Assembly (NCBI RefSeq): GCF_009914755.1
Contig: NC_060930.1
Length of the DNA stretch: 64,000 nucleotides
Direction: 5' to 3' (one strand)
Source of the DNA: the human T2T-CHM13v2.0 reference genome, Homo sapiens
Part shown: positions 47,123 through 64,000 of the stretch, one piece after another
How the letters are laid out: each line of letters starts with the position of its first letter
Position numbering within the stretch: position 1 is the first letter of the stretch
Notes under the pieces: generated by a model
The model's input: the letters and a program-made list of their open reading frames with translations, nothing else
Told to the model about the DNA's origin: nothing
Databases searched by the model: none
Translations under genes and position numbers: made by a program

Positions 47123-49739
47123 CCTTAGCTAATAGTGGGACAGATGTGGACATTGTTTTCCATTGTGCTGTGGTCTGGTTTTCCACTTGAATTGCACATG
47201 TTCTTTCTACTAGTATCCCTGAAACTTTGGTTAACTGATTAATAATAATTAGACTATATATAATTGCTTAATTTTTCATTATGCTTAATCTTGATTGCTG
47301 AAATATTATTTTAACAACATTATCCCAAATTTTAATTATTCCATCCTCTTTTCTAATATTTAGGGATACACAGGCTTTTTCATGGTTGCAATGAGAATGT
47401 TCATATAGTTTTATGTTCTGATTTTCTCATATAAGTGTTAGCTATGAGCTCATAGTTATGAGCTATGTTGCTGTGTTATTTTCATGATGATTGTAATAGA
47501 AGCATAATTATAAAAAACACATTTTACTTAACAGTTCTCCCACTGACATCTATTTTAGTTGTTTTTAATGCATTTCCCTTGCAAAACAAATCTAGCTTAT
47601 TAATTTGGGTTCTGTTTCTTGTGATCAACAGGAATTCTTTTTAAAATAGGTCGACCTTGTGAGATGGATATTGAGCCAATTCACAGAATTCAGAAGGCTT
47701 TCTGTAACCAAGCCTTAAAAAAGGGTAAGGGTGGGGCTGAGCATTAGAACCACTGCAGAAATTTGAAGGCTTCTTTTCCCATTCACCTGATCTGCCTCTT
47801 TCTGTGCATCTGTTTAATTTTCCTCTCCTGCTTCAGCTAGATTCCCTGTTATTTTCTTCTCAGACCAAATGACGGGAATCTTGGCTATCCACAAATCCTA
47901 GAATTTTACTCATTGTAGTTTTAACCACCTCTTGCTTGGTTCTAGTTCTAAACATCCAGCAAGGGGGGATGAAGAGGGCCATTGTGAAATCAGGTGCTCA
48001 TTTCTGGACCAACTCATACAGATAGGAGCTGGAATCTGGGCAGGGCGAGGTCCCCACCCTTGGCAGTAGGGGGTAGAAGTAGGTCCACATCTACAAAAGG
48101 ATTGCTCTCATGGAAAGTATACAAATGTGAGGAGTGGCTCCCAGAAAAATGGGTTACTGAAAAAAGAAATATATATGCCTAATATAGCAAAAAAAACCAA
48201 AACACTTCATATTTACATTTTCTCATTTTTTTGATTAATTCATTTAGTCGAATTATAAGTGGTGACACTAGTAGGCTAAAGGGGATATCCTGTCTAATGG
48301 TTCTGGAGATAATTTACCAGTTTACATTCCTCAAACTGCCTTAATCAATCCACAGTGTCCTTTATTTTCAATGCCACCCCTCTCCTGTCCTTTTTGCTGA
48401 CATAGAACACATGGGTACAGATGGTGTTGGTGATCTTAGGAGAAGAAAGAAGGGTCAGGGTTGGGTTGCTCAGTTCATTCTTTGAGCCAAAATCTTTTGT
48501 GTGTGGCTATTTGGGGGAATACATAGGGCTGTGGCTCCCTCTCCACTCCTCCCAGGCTGCTGCCTGACTGGCCACTCTTCTCATGCCATTATCTTGTTTT
48601 ACTTTCTGAACTTTCTTTTCCATCCAACCTTGCTACAAAAATGAACTCCCTGCTGTTTCAGAAATATGCAAAACAAACAAACAAAAAGCTGTTTTGGTAA
48701 GTGTTTTTACTGCTGGTCACACCAGGGAAACCAACAGGGTTGGTCAAAATGACAAACACTGGTGAGTGCTTAGAATAGCTCACAAATTCTAAAATTGCTT
48801 CAAGATCTTACTGAAATGTAAAAGAACCTAAAAAGATTATATTTGTCCTCTTCTCTAGGTCACTTGGTTTCCTTTCTTAGATCATGTAACCAATTCCATA
48901 CATTAGTGACATTTTTAAAGGCATTGAAATCACCTATATGCCCATTATAGAGAATTTTGAAACGATAGAAACAGAGTGTAGACATATCACTGATGATACC
49001 ATTCAGAGTCTTTGCTTTCAAAATCAATTCACTTGATCACATCAGGTTTATCCTGGTCTAGGTTCCTCAGTCCTGAGACCAAGGTAGATCCCGTGTTGGG
49101 ACCACGTCCTCCCCGTGTGTGTGTGTTTGCATGACTACATGTGTTGGGGGTGCCTTTCAGAGTCACCTTCCTGAAACCTGTAAAGAATTCATGGCTCTGA
49201 AAGGTTCCTCCTTAGCTGATTTCCTAGAATTCTTTCTGGGGCCTGAGACTGTGGTGTCTGCCCACAGCCCCCTCTGTTGCATGTCCTGGCTATCTCTGTC
49301 TCTCTTTTTTCATTTCCCCCATGAAGAACCCAACCCTGCATTGTTTTCCCTGTTTTTCTCCCTGAGTTTCAGGCTGATCTGCAACAACCTAGTATTGCTT
49401 TCTTTCTAATTTTTGATAGTTTCTAGTGCTAGAAGTCGCTGGGCCCCTGTCCCTGGCATAGGTTGACTCCTTTGATTTGCAACAGCCAGAAGCCAGTTTT
49501 AAGGTTTGCCTTTTCCTTATCTGACTTTGGTTTCTCTACATGCTATTCTAAGTGGATGGCTTCTTCTGATACACGTCCAAGTACCTGATGGCAAGCTCAT
49601 CATTTTTGCATCTGCCTTTGTGGAAGTGACAATGTTACATGTTCGATGTTCATCTAGCCCACACCCCTTTTCTCCTCTCTTTCATTCCTATGAGATCCTT
49701 CACATTCTTCCTTACCTGAACTAGCCAGACCTTCACAGA

Positions 49740-49937
49740 AGATGCAATGGTAAACTAGAGAATCATAGTCTCAGGATATAAGGACTCTGGGTCTGTAAAT
49801 GACTGCTTGGATCAGAGCTTTCCCCCTCTTTACCTCAGTGTTCACCCACAGTGGACTACAGTGCAGAAATAAACCTGTATTTTGTAAATGACAGAGTTTA
49901 GTTATTGTTATAGCATTTAGACTTCCTTACCAATACA
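49740..49937 (+). mobile_element. Old MLT1-type LTR 3' part
   Basis: 'gaaataaacctgtattttgtaa...gttattgttatagca...ccaataca'. Confidence 0.5.
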
Positions 49938-50479
49938 GCCTCTAGTAACTCCAGCCAGCTTCTACTTTTTCCCTTGCTTCAAAATATGTGTCCATTGTTG
50001 ACTTTTCAGCAACTTCTGTTCCTTCTCTGAGGGGGTACTTTAGTTCTCAGTTCATTCAAGAACAGAAGTGTGACTCACTGAGCTCAGTGATATGAGAATT
50101 TACCGGCTCTACTCACTCCTGTAGTTTCTTTCTCAGTTATCACCTGAGGGCTCTTCCTCCCATTCCCCAGCTCTCCCTCCAATTCCCCACTCCCCAACTC
50201 CCCATTTAATTGGAGTCATCTCTCACAATGCCAGATTGCTTTATCATAAGAAATATTAGTGTCATTACTTCTAAATGGAGGGGTAAGAATTGCTTCTTAC
50301 CTTTTAATTTAGATTTAAAGAAATAATATTTTCTACAGTTTGAGCTTCTTCCCAAGTCTTTTAACTGTCAGTTTTTAAAAAGCATATTCTTTGTTCCCCT
50401 TAGCATTGTAATGGTAGCTTGTGTACCGCATGTAACTTTCAGGTGACAGATATTTTAACATTATCCCAGTTAGTTCTCC

Positions 50480-50620
50480 AAGCAATCTTAATGTCAATAT
50501 TGTTATCCTCATTTTACAGAGGGCTAACTAACTCGCTTAAAGCCACACAGCCAGCAAGAGATAGAAGCAAAATTATGACCTGAATGGATTCAGGTGTTTC
50601 ACTTCATTATTCAATACCAT
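50480..50620 (-). mobile_element. MIR
   Basis: 'ttatcctcattttacagagg...aagccacacagccagcaag'. Confidence 0.7.
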
Positions 50621-51349
50621 ACTGTTCATTTTACCACCTACTTTTGTAGACACTGGAGTCTTTTATTTGTGTAGACTTCAACATGCTAGAAAAAGAAGCC
50701 CAACAGGAAGGTTTAAAAAAAAAAAAAGCTTGCTTTGCTAGCAATAACTCTCTAAAGCTACTGAAGAGCAATTGTATAAAAAGAAAAATGTATATTATAT
50801 ATTTATGCTAATTATTTTCAAGATTGAGCATAGTTTATAGTCTATATAGCTTGCTCTATGTTATATATATAGTTATAGTCTATATAGCTTGCTCTGCGTT
50901 CCTCTTCAACTCTTGAGACAGTAGTTGAGAAAGATCCATATAAAATATCATTTTTAAGAAAAGATAATTTGAAATTTATAATCCATATGGTGGAATTTCA
51001 GTAGGTTCTGTTGGTGGCCTCAGGAGTTGGAAAGTGCACCATTTTTATCATTTTAGGCTTTAGCAAAAGGTCTTCAATGTTTGGGGAGAGGTAATGACCA
51101 GATGAACATACTTCAGCCAGAAAACTTTATTGCCATTAAAAATAACTGAACTCATGCTCTGCTTTCTGGCAACTTATGGTTGTAAAAAACTAAAAGGTAC
51201 AAATACTAGTCCAGAAACACAGTCTCCTGGCATCAATAGTACTCATTCTTGCTTAGCTAATACTCAATAGAGATTTAATACTATAGTAATAATAAAATAT
51301 AATATAGATTTAATCCTTGGTGACTAAAAATTGAGTAAACATTATTTTG

Positions 51350-53150
51350 GTGATTTATGTTGCTATCTTGGTAAATTTCCCAAAATTTAAGTGTATCTAT
51401 ATGCATTTGTTTAAAGTAAGATAACATTACAATTTTATCTTCTATTTTTAATTATTACATATTTTGCACCTGTGCTATTAAATAATTTTAACAATCATAA
51501 TTTTAATGGTTGAATAATATTTTGTTATGTGGACATTGATGGTTCATTTGAACTATCTCCTTTTAATAATCGAACATTACAAAATATCTAAAGTTTTTAT
51601 AATTCAAAGATTATAATAAAACTAATTAGATATTTCCATGTGTCTACATTCCAGGTCATATTTTTAGGATAATTCTCAGGAATTCAATTTAGCTGGTCAC
51701 AGGCTATGAACCCATATCAAGCTCTTAATGCATGCTGGTATTTCCAGAAATATTTTACAAAATTATGAGGGTTCCTTTCTCAACTCTAATATTAATTTTA
51801 ATAATTTATCTAATATTTATATCAATCTTTAAAACAATCCATTTTATAAGTTCAAACTGGTATTTATAAATATCTTTAATTTTACAATGTCTCCTTTAAG
51901 TTACTTATTGTTGAGTATTACTTTTTTTGTTCAATACATTCTTAATCTTCACTGAAGAAATTATATTTATTTTTAATAATTGTAAAAGTCAACTTTTTAT
52001 ATATATGTGTTAAATTCTAACTTTTGGGGTTTTTTTGCTGTTAAAATCATGTTCAGAGATTTAAAATGTTATCCACTTTTAATTCTGCCACCAATTACCT
52101 TGGAAATCTTTAGAAAATGCATTTATTCTACATCTTTAGTATTGTAGAAATGAAGGACATATATTCAAATTCTTTCTTGTCTTGTAAGATAAGGAATTTA
52201 GTGTGCTTTTACTTATCCCAACTTCTCATTACCCTCATTGTTCCAACTTTTATTAATATCTTGAAGTTTTTTCTTCAAAATGATCATGTAAAAATTACTG
52301 TTTTTATCTTATATATCTTCTCTTTCAGAAATTATTTTAACATTTGAATTTAGTTTTTGTTACCATTATTGCATAAATAATTTGGAATTAACTAGTCTTA
52401 TTAAAAATAATTTCTGTACTGAGTTCTTATTTTTTATTCCTATCTTAGCTAGCTGGAGAGTAACTTCAAGTCACTTTTAAGAAATAAGGACATGTGAGTG
52501 GTTTCTATTCTTTGACCTTGCAAATAAGAGAATGACTTTTTGTTTTCTTTATACATGTGAATAATAAATTAGTTGGGATTCAAATTATTTCATCAAAAGA
52601 CAAAGACATTTTGTCTTCAAAATTCAGTAAGTGTGCTTCACAGTTTTCAGATATGTAGCAATAGAGAGGAAATGCTATTTTTTTTGTGTAGAGTTTGTAG
52701 GATTTTTCTCCTATATCCTTATGATTCAACAGTATTATAGGAGATGTCCTGATATGAGTCTCTTTTCATTATTTTGTCTGCTATTCTGAACTCATGTCAT
52801 TACATATTACTTGGTTCCAACTATAATGACTTTTTCTTTCAGTGTGCCTGTAATTCTCATGTGAGATTTATGTTCTCTGACTTTTATTTTTTTCATCCCT
52901 GTCATTATTTAAATATCTTTGTCCTTTTCCTCCATATTCTTCAGAAGCATCTCGTTTGACTTCATTAGCCAAGATTTTGCTTTGATTCATCCTGCCAAAT
53001 CTCTTACTTTCAATGTAAATGTTTAATTTTGCTATTGTCACTTTGCTTCTTTGCAGTCTTATATATCACAACTGATTTTCATCTCATTGCATTATTTCCA
53101 TTTTTCTCCATAGCAACATGTCTGCTTGTTCATCCTTTCTCATTTCTAAT
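51350..53150 (-). mobile_element. Very old L1M(E)-like AT-rich remnants
   Basis: T-rich degenerate L1 3'-like motifs; boundaries uncertain. Confidence 0.4.
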
Positions 53151-53319
53151 AGATACAGAGAAAACTTTTGCACCATTGTAATTTCCAGGAGTATCTTGCT
53201 CCCAACGGGCAATCAGGAGCTTTTGTGGTGAGTCTTGGTTGTATGTTGGACTGTTGGACGAATGACTTGTCTTATTTTGATCACTTTGAACAGAAACATT
53301 ATTGCTTCCCCCACCCCCA

Positions 53320-53541
53320 CCATGTTCACAACCTTGACACTATGGAAATTTTGAGCCTAATAATTCTTTCTTGAGGGAGCTGCCCTGTGCATTGTATATC
53401 CTGTACATTAGCAGCATCCCTGGGGTCCATCTACCAGATGCCAGTAGCACTTCCTTCTTCTCCTCTAAAGACATCAAGATGTCTCCAGATTTTGCCAAAT
53501 AAATTCCCCTTGGGGGCAAAATTATAGCTGGCTGAGAACCA
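53320..53541. mobile_element. MER20
   Basis: 'gctgccctgtgcattgta...ttagcagcatccctgg...agatgccagtagca...gggggcaaaat...gctgagaaccac'. Confidence 0.88.
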
Positions 53542-54775
53542 CAACTCTACAGAAATTACACAAATTCAGTTCAAGAATTTATTTTAACGGTTGTTGACTA
53601 GGAGGGAGATCAAAATGAGTCAAGAAATCATGAAAAGGCACTTGCATTCATGGAAAGAGTCTGGTGTTTCTAAGAATGGCAAAATATCATAAATGCTGAA
53701 AGTGGTGGATAGTTTGTGAATAATGCATTAGTCAGGTAATTTTGCAACAGTAAAGGCAACAGGAGCTGAGAGTGACAGCCAAGACACTGTTCCCATCCCT
53801 AGTGTGGGACTAACATGAAACACCAGGTGGTCAACAAACCTATGGATAAATCAGCATTGTGTCCCAGAAAGTTAGTTTCAAGAGCAAGACAATACATTTC
53901 AGAGTATTCAGTGGGTACTCTGAAAGTTAGAGACCGAAGGAAAGAGGTTGGTGGATGTGATTTTCAATGAGCAGTGAAGCATGAAATGAGTCATTTATAT
54001 CATTTGATAAAAGCTGATGTTTTTTTCTAGGCAGACATTTTGTGTTCTCACAGCAGCATAATCTAAAGTTCACCCCATTTGAAATAGCTTTCACTATATG
54101 GTAAAGAGTTTATTGTTTTAATTCAGCTAGATGTACAATATAGCACAACTAATATGATTACATATTTTTGCACATATTTTGTATATTCTCCCTTTAAATT
54201 TAAACACAATAATCAGCATGAACTTAATTATGCTGTCTTTAAGTAAATTTATGTCTATTTTGGAATGAATTCAGTATATGACTATAAAATGCATTTTGCC
54301 TTTGTTTGCTTCACTGTCTTTGCTCAGAAAGAAAGTGACTAATGTCTTCTGGTAATAGCAATTACAAGAAAAGTTGTTTCATGTAGCAACAGAATCCTTC
54401 ATGAACAATATTCAACTATTCTTGGTAGAGCCCTTTTTCCTTCCCCAGTCTGTTTCACTTCAATAGTTTAATTGTGTATGAAGTGTTATCTAAATTTTAG
54501 ATTTTGAGCAAAATAATCAACTGCCGGCATACTTGTTGCTATTCCAATGTTATGTGCCTACATATTTGTCATCAGCTAAATGTATCTGGGAATGCATAGA
54601 AAGCATGAAGCCTAAAGGTTAAAAGGGAATATAGAAAAAACCTTTTTTCCCACTTGAAACAGTATTTTGAGTAATGGGAATTGTTAGTATTCTTACTGTG
54701 AACAAAAGCCTTTGTATTTTTGGCAGGCTGCGAGAATGCACAACAATGAACCTGAGAAAGAGTTCCTGGGTTGGT

Positions 54776-54778
<3 letters not shown>

Positions 54779-54811
<33 letters not shown>

Positions 54812-54816
54812 CTCTC
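54779..54816. repeat. (TC)n microsatellite / polypyrimidine tract
   Basis: Read directly. Confidence 0.95.
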
Positions 54817-55248
54817 CGTCCCTCCTCCTTCTGTCAGGAAGCAAAGCCAGTGAGGAATCAACCATGCAGGTTCTGCTGGACTTTACACTTCTGCAAAGTA
54901 TTCTTGTCTTTGGACAAAAGGTGCATTACAGAGGTCTGCCCGCTACTTCCCCTACCTCATACAGGCACAATTCCTCTCATAGTTCCTTCTTCCTCTGAGG
55001 GTTTGGCCAGAAAGAATAAAACACTATTTCACTGTTTTTAGCATGTAAGTTCTCTTCTACCCAAGTTCTTACTGGAGAGCTGCACAGCCCTCTATGCATC
55101 TGGAGGGGGTGAGAGAAACCTTTAGTAGTCAGCCAGTGCTGTCTGTGGTGTGTCTGGCCTTGTAATGACTGGATGCAGTTGCATGATTGAGAGAATATCA
55201 TTATTTCTTAAATTGGATAGCTACTTTTCTTGGAATTGCTAGATTCTT

Positions 55249-61399
<6,151 letters not shown>

Positions 61400-61999
61400 T
61401 GGAATTGCTAGATTCTTATTGTAATAACAATCCTTATTTTTCCATTTGATTTAGACAATCACCAAAAATAAGAATTATTTATGAACAATATGAAGTCATT
61501 CATGAAACCTCAAGAATATTCTAGAAGGAAGGAACAGAAAGTGATATGGAGAGGTACACTTTCATTCTCCCTTAGAGATACCCACACACAGGAAAAAACA
61601 GTGACAGGTTTAGCTGAACCACTATGTTGATCTTTTCCGATACCATTACAACTATACTTATTAAAACACTTTCCACTGATTTTATAAACTTTTGCAATTT
61701 TTAAATCAAAGTTTTACATACACATAGTTTCAAAAGTCAATTCATTCTATGAGGTTTAAATGAAATCAGCATTTCCTTTCCCACCTCTTCTAACTCCCAA
61801 GAGGCAACTTGTGCAACTTTTTTAGCTGTTCTTTACTTCTTTTAGAAGCTCCTCTGCAGTTTTAGAGACTGACAATTACATTTATTTTCTGACATCGATG
61901 AAAATGGACCTGGTAGGTTTTTTTAGTCTGTTCAGGTTGCTGATTTTGTATAATATCCAGAAGAAAAAAAAAATCCATAAAGGAAGTGCATGCCCTTCT

Positions 62000-62572
62000 T
62001 TTTTTTTCCTTTAGTACTTTTTATTGTGAAACATGACACCTGGAAAATTGCTAAATTTACAGGTCAATAAATTATTACAGTGTGACCATCCATGTAAGCA
62101 GTGTGATCATCCATGTAAGCAGCATAACCCCTCTAAAGAAGTGGAAGATTGCACCATGGAAATCTACTTTGCAGTCCCTCTTAGAAATTACTATACCACC
62201 CTCCCCCGAACTTGCTGAGAGATACAGCCATGTGCATGGTTTTTATTTTTGTTAATCATTGATTAAAAAGTAATAATTTTTATTGATAATTTTATTGCTT
62301 TAAAAAATAGTTTTACTCTTTGTATTCCCAAGCATTATTGATTAGTTTTGCATGGTTTTGAATTTATGTAAGTAAATTATGCTTAGAAGATTCATGCATA
62401 CTCTTTTGTATATGTATATATATAGCTGTATTTATTCATTTTCATGACTATTTTACAATCGATTCTGTTGAAGGACTTTTGGGAGGTAAGAAATCATTAT
62501 ACAAATAATGATGTTAGATATTTTTTCACACATGTTTCTTAGTGCATGTGTGCACATATTTCTGTATGTGAT
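62000..62572 (-). mobile_element. Old L1ME-like 3' end
   Basis: T tail, 'ttttattgtgaaacat', 'ttagttttgcatggttttgaattt'. Confidence 0.55.
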
Positions 62573-62574
62573 AT

Positions 62575-63010
62575 ATTGTCACATTAATGGCTCCAATTCT
62601 TCATCTCTCTTTGTATCTACATTCATCCTCATATAATTTTGTATCATCCTCTCACTTTGAATCTGGAACCAGCCATGTGACTTCGTTTTCACCAAAGGGA
62701 TTTTAGCGATAAATAATGTAAATACAGCCTTATAAAACACTTATGTTGCTGAGTTTTCTTGTTCCTGCTTCTGTGCCATCATTAGGAGAATCATCCAAAT
62801 ATATCCTAAAATAAAATAAAAAACAAATGGCCTATGGCCCTGTTGTCCCAGCAGAGAACCAGCTAACTGCCAGACACATGGGTAAATCCTGCTGAGACCC
62901 AGAGAAAATCTAGCCAAGCTAGCTACATCACCTGATTGTAGAATTGTAAGGCAAAAATAAATGTTTATTGCTGTATGCCATTAAGGTTTTGTGGTTGCTA
63001 TCAAGTATTA
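62575..63010 (+). mobile_element. MLT1 (MLT1G-like) LTR
   Basis: 'aatggctccaattcttc...ctttgaatctgg...aataaatgtttattgctgtatgcca'. Confidence 0.65.
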
Positions 63011-63012
63011 TT

Positions 63013-63090
63013 TGTTATGGAATTTGTGTTTCCCCAAAAATTCACATATTGAAGCCCTATTCCAATATGATGGTATTTGGAGATGGGACC
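63013..63090 (+). mobile_element. MaLR (MLT1A/B or MST) LTR 5' fragment
   Basis: 'tgttatggaatttgtgtttccccaaaaattcacatattgaagcc...ggtatttggagatgggacc'. Confidence 0.7.
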
Positions 63091-63835
63091 TGTGATATTG
63101 TAAAATATATATTTGGTCTTTGCCTTGTTTATGGCATACAACACCAAAAATCCTTAGAATCCCCAAAGTGTTATCTTTTTGTGTGCTATTGATTGACTGA
63201 TGGCTGGCAGTCCCTAGGTAGCTTCAAAATGAGGGCTGATAACTGGAAAAATGAAGGCATGATTAGAGGTTTGCTAACTTTCAGCCCTGCCCCTGACTTC
63301 CCAGGAGGGGAGAGAGGCTGAAGTAAATTAATTTGATGGCCAATGGCCAATGGCCAATGGTTTAGTTGATCACATCTATGTAATAAGGCCTCCATAGAAA
63401 CCGAAGAGAACAGTTCAGAGAGCTCTGAATAGCTGAACACATGGAGGTTCCTGGAGGATGGTATGCCTGGGGTGAGCATGGAAACTGAGCATGGAAACTT
63501 TGCACTCCTTCCCCCATACCTGATCCTGTGCATCTCTTCACCCGTATCCTTTGTAATAACCTTTATAATAAACCAGTAAATATAAGTACTTTCCTGAGTT
63601 CTGTGAGTCACTCTAGCAAATTAATTGAACCCAAAGAGGAAATTACTTGAACACCAATTGAAGATAATTGGTCAGAAGTTCCAGAGGCCAGGACTTGAGA
63701 GTCTATGAAGTAGGGCAGTTTTGTGGAGCTGAGCCCCCAGTCTGTATTACGTGATGCTGTCTCCAGATAGACAGTGTGAAAATTGAATCAAAGGACCCCA
63801 AGCTGGTGTCCACTGCAAAATTGATTGCTTGCCTG
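63091..63835 (+). mobile_element. MER21-type LTR
   Basis: 'tgtgatattgtaaaatatatatttggtctt...gaacacatggaggttcctggagg...ctgagttctgtgagtcactctagcaaattaattgaaccc'. Confidence 0.85.
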
Positions 63836-63837
63836 GA

Positions 63838-64000
63838 GTGTGCAAGTGCAAGGTGAGGCAGCAAGTACTCATGTGGATGTTGCAACAAGCACCCAGAAGA
63901 TGTAGCTAAGATAATTGATGAAGATAGCTACACTAAATAAAAGATTTTCAGTAGAGATGAAACACCCTTTTTTTGGAAGATGTCATCTAGGACTTTCATA
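63838..64000 (+). mobile_element. Tigger1 transposase internal fragment
   Basis: 'ccagaagatgtagctaagataattgatgaag...ctacactaaa...gattttca...gatgaaaca...catctaggactttcata'. Confidence 0.8.

Noticed and set aside
62033-62218. CxxxC-repeat metal-binding peptide
   Set aside because: Product of a 21-bp duplication inside an old L1 tail.

Overview
Primate (most likely human) AT-rich, gene-poor genomic DNA dominated by LINE-1. I find no convincing exon of a cellular protein-coding gene, no RNA gene and no CRISPR array, and I cannot place the locus. Main contents: the 3' end of a young L1PA2/3 with an open ORF2 C-terminus (1-1620); an NDUFA5 processed pseudogene inside an L2 tail (about 2520-3411); a nested L1 stack (7.8-24.2 kb); a full-length + strand L1PA7-like element carrying a 37-bp VNTR (25.0-31.9 kb); Alu, MIR, L2, MER and MaLR relics; a ~700-bp internally deleted mini-L1; a truncated L1 fused to a 149-bp palindrome; and a full-length L1PA6-like element with an open antisense ORF0. 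The best signals are mechanistic footprints of L1 insertion and repair: (i) apparent sequence transfer between two head-to-head L1PA7 copies that share a breakpoint, (ii) a palindrome apparently made during insertion by twin priming plus fold-back, (iii) the TSD-flanked mini-L1, (iv) the intact ORF0 and (v) the young minisatellite. I do not see a new multi-gene biological system. Subfamily calls come from remembered diagnostic motifs, not from a database search.
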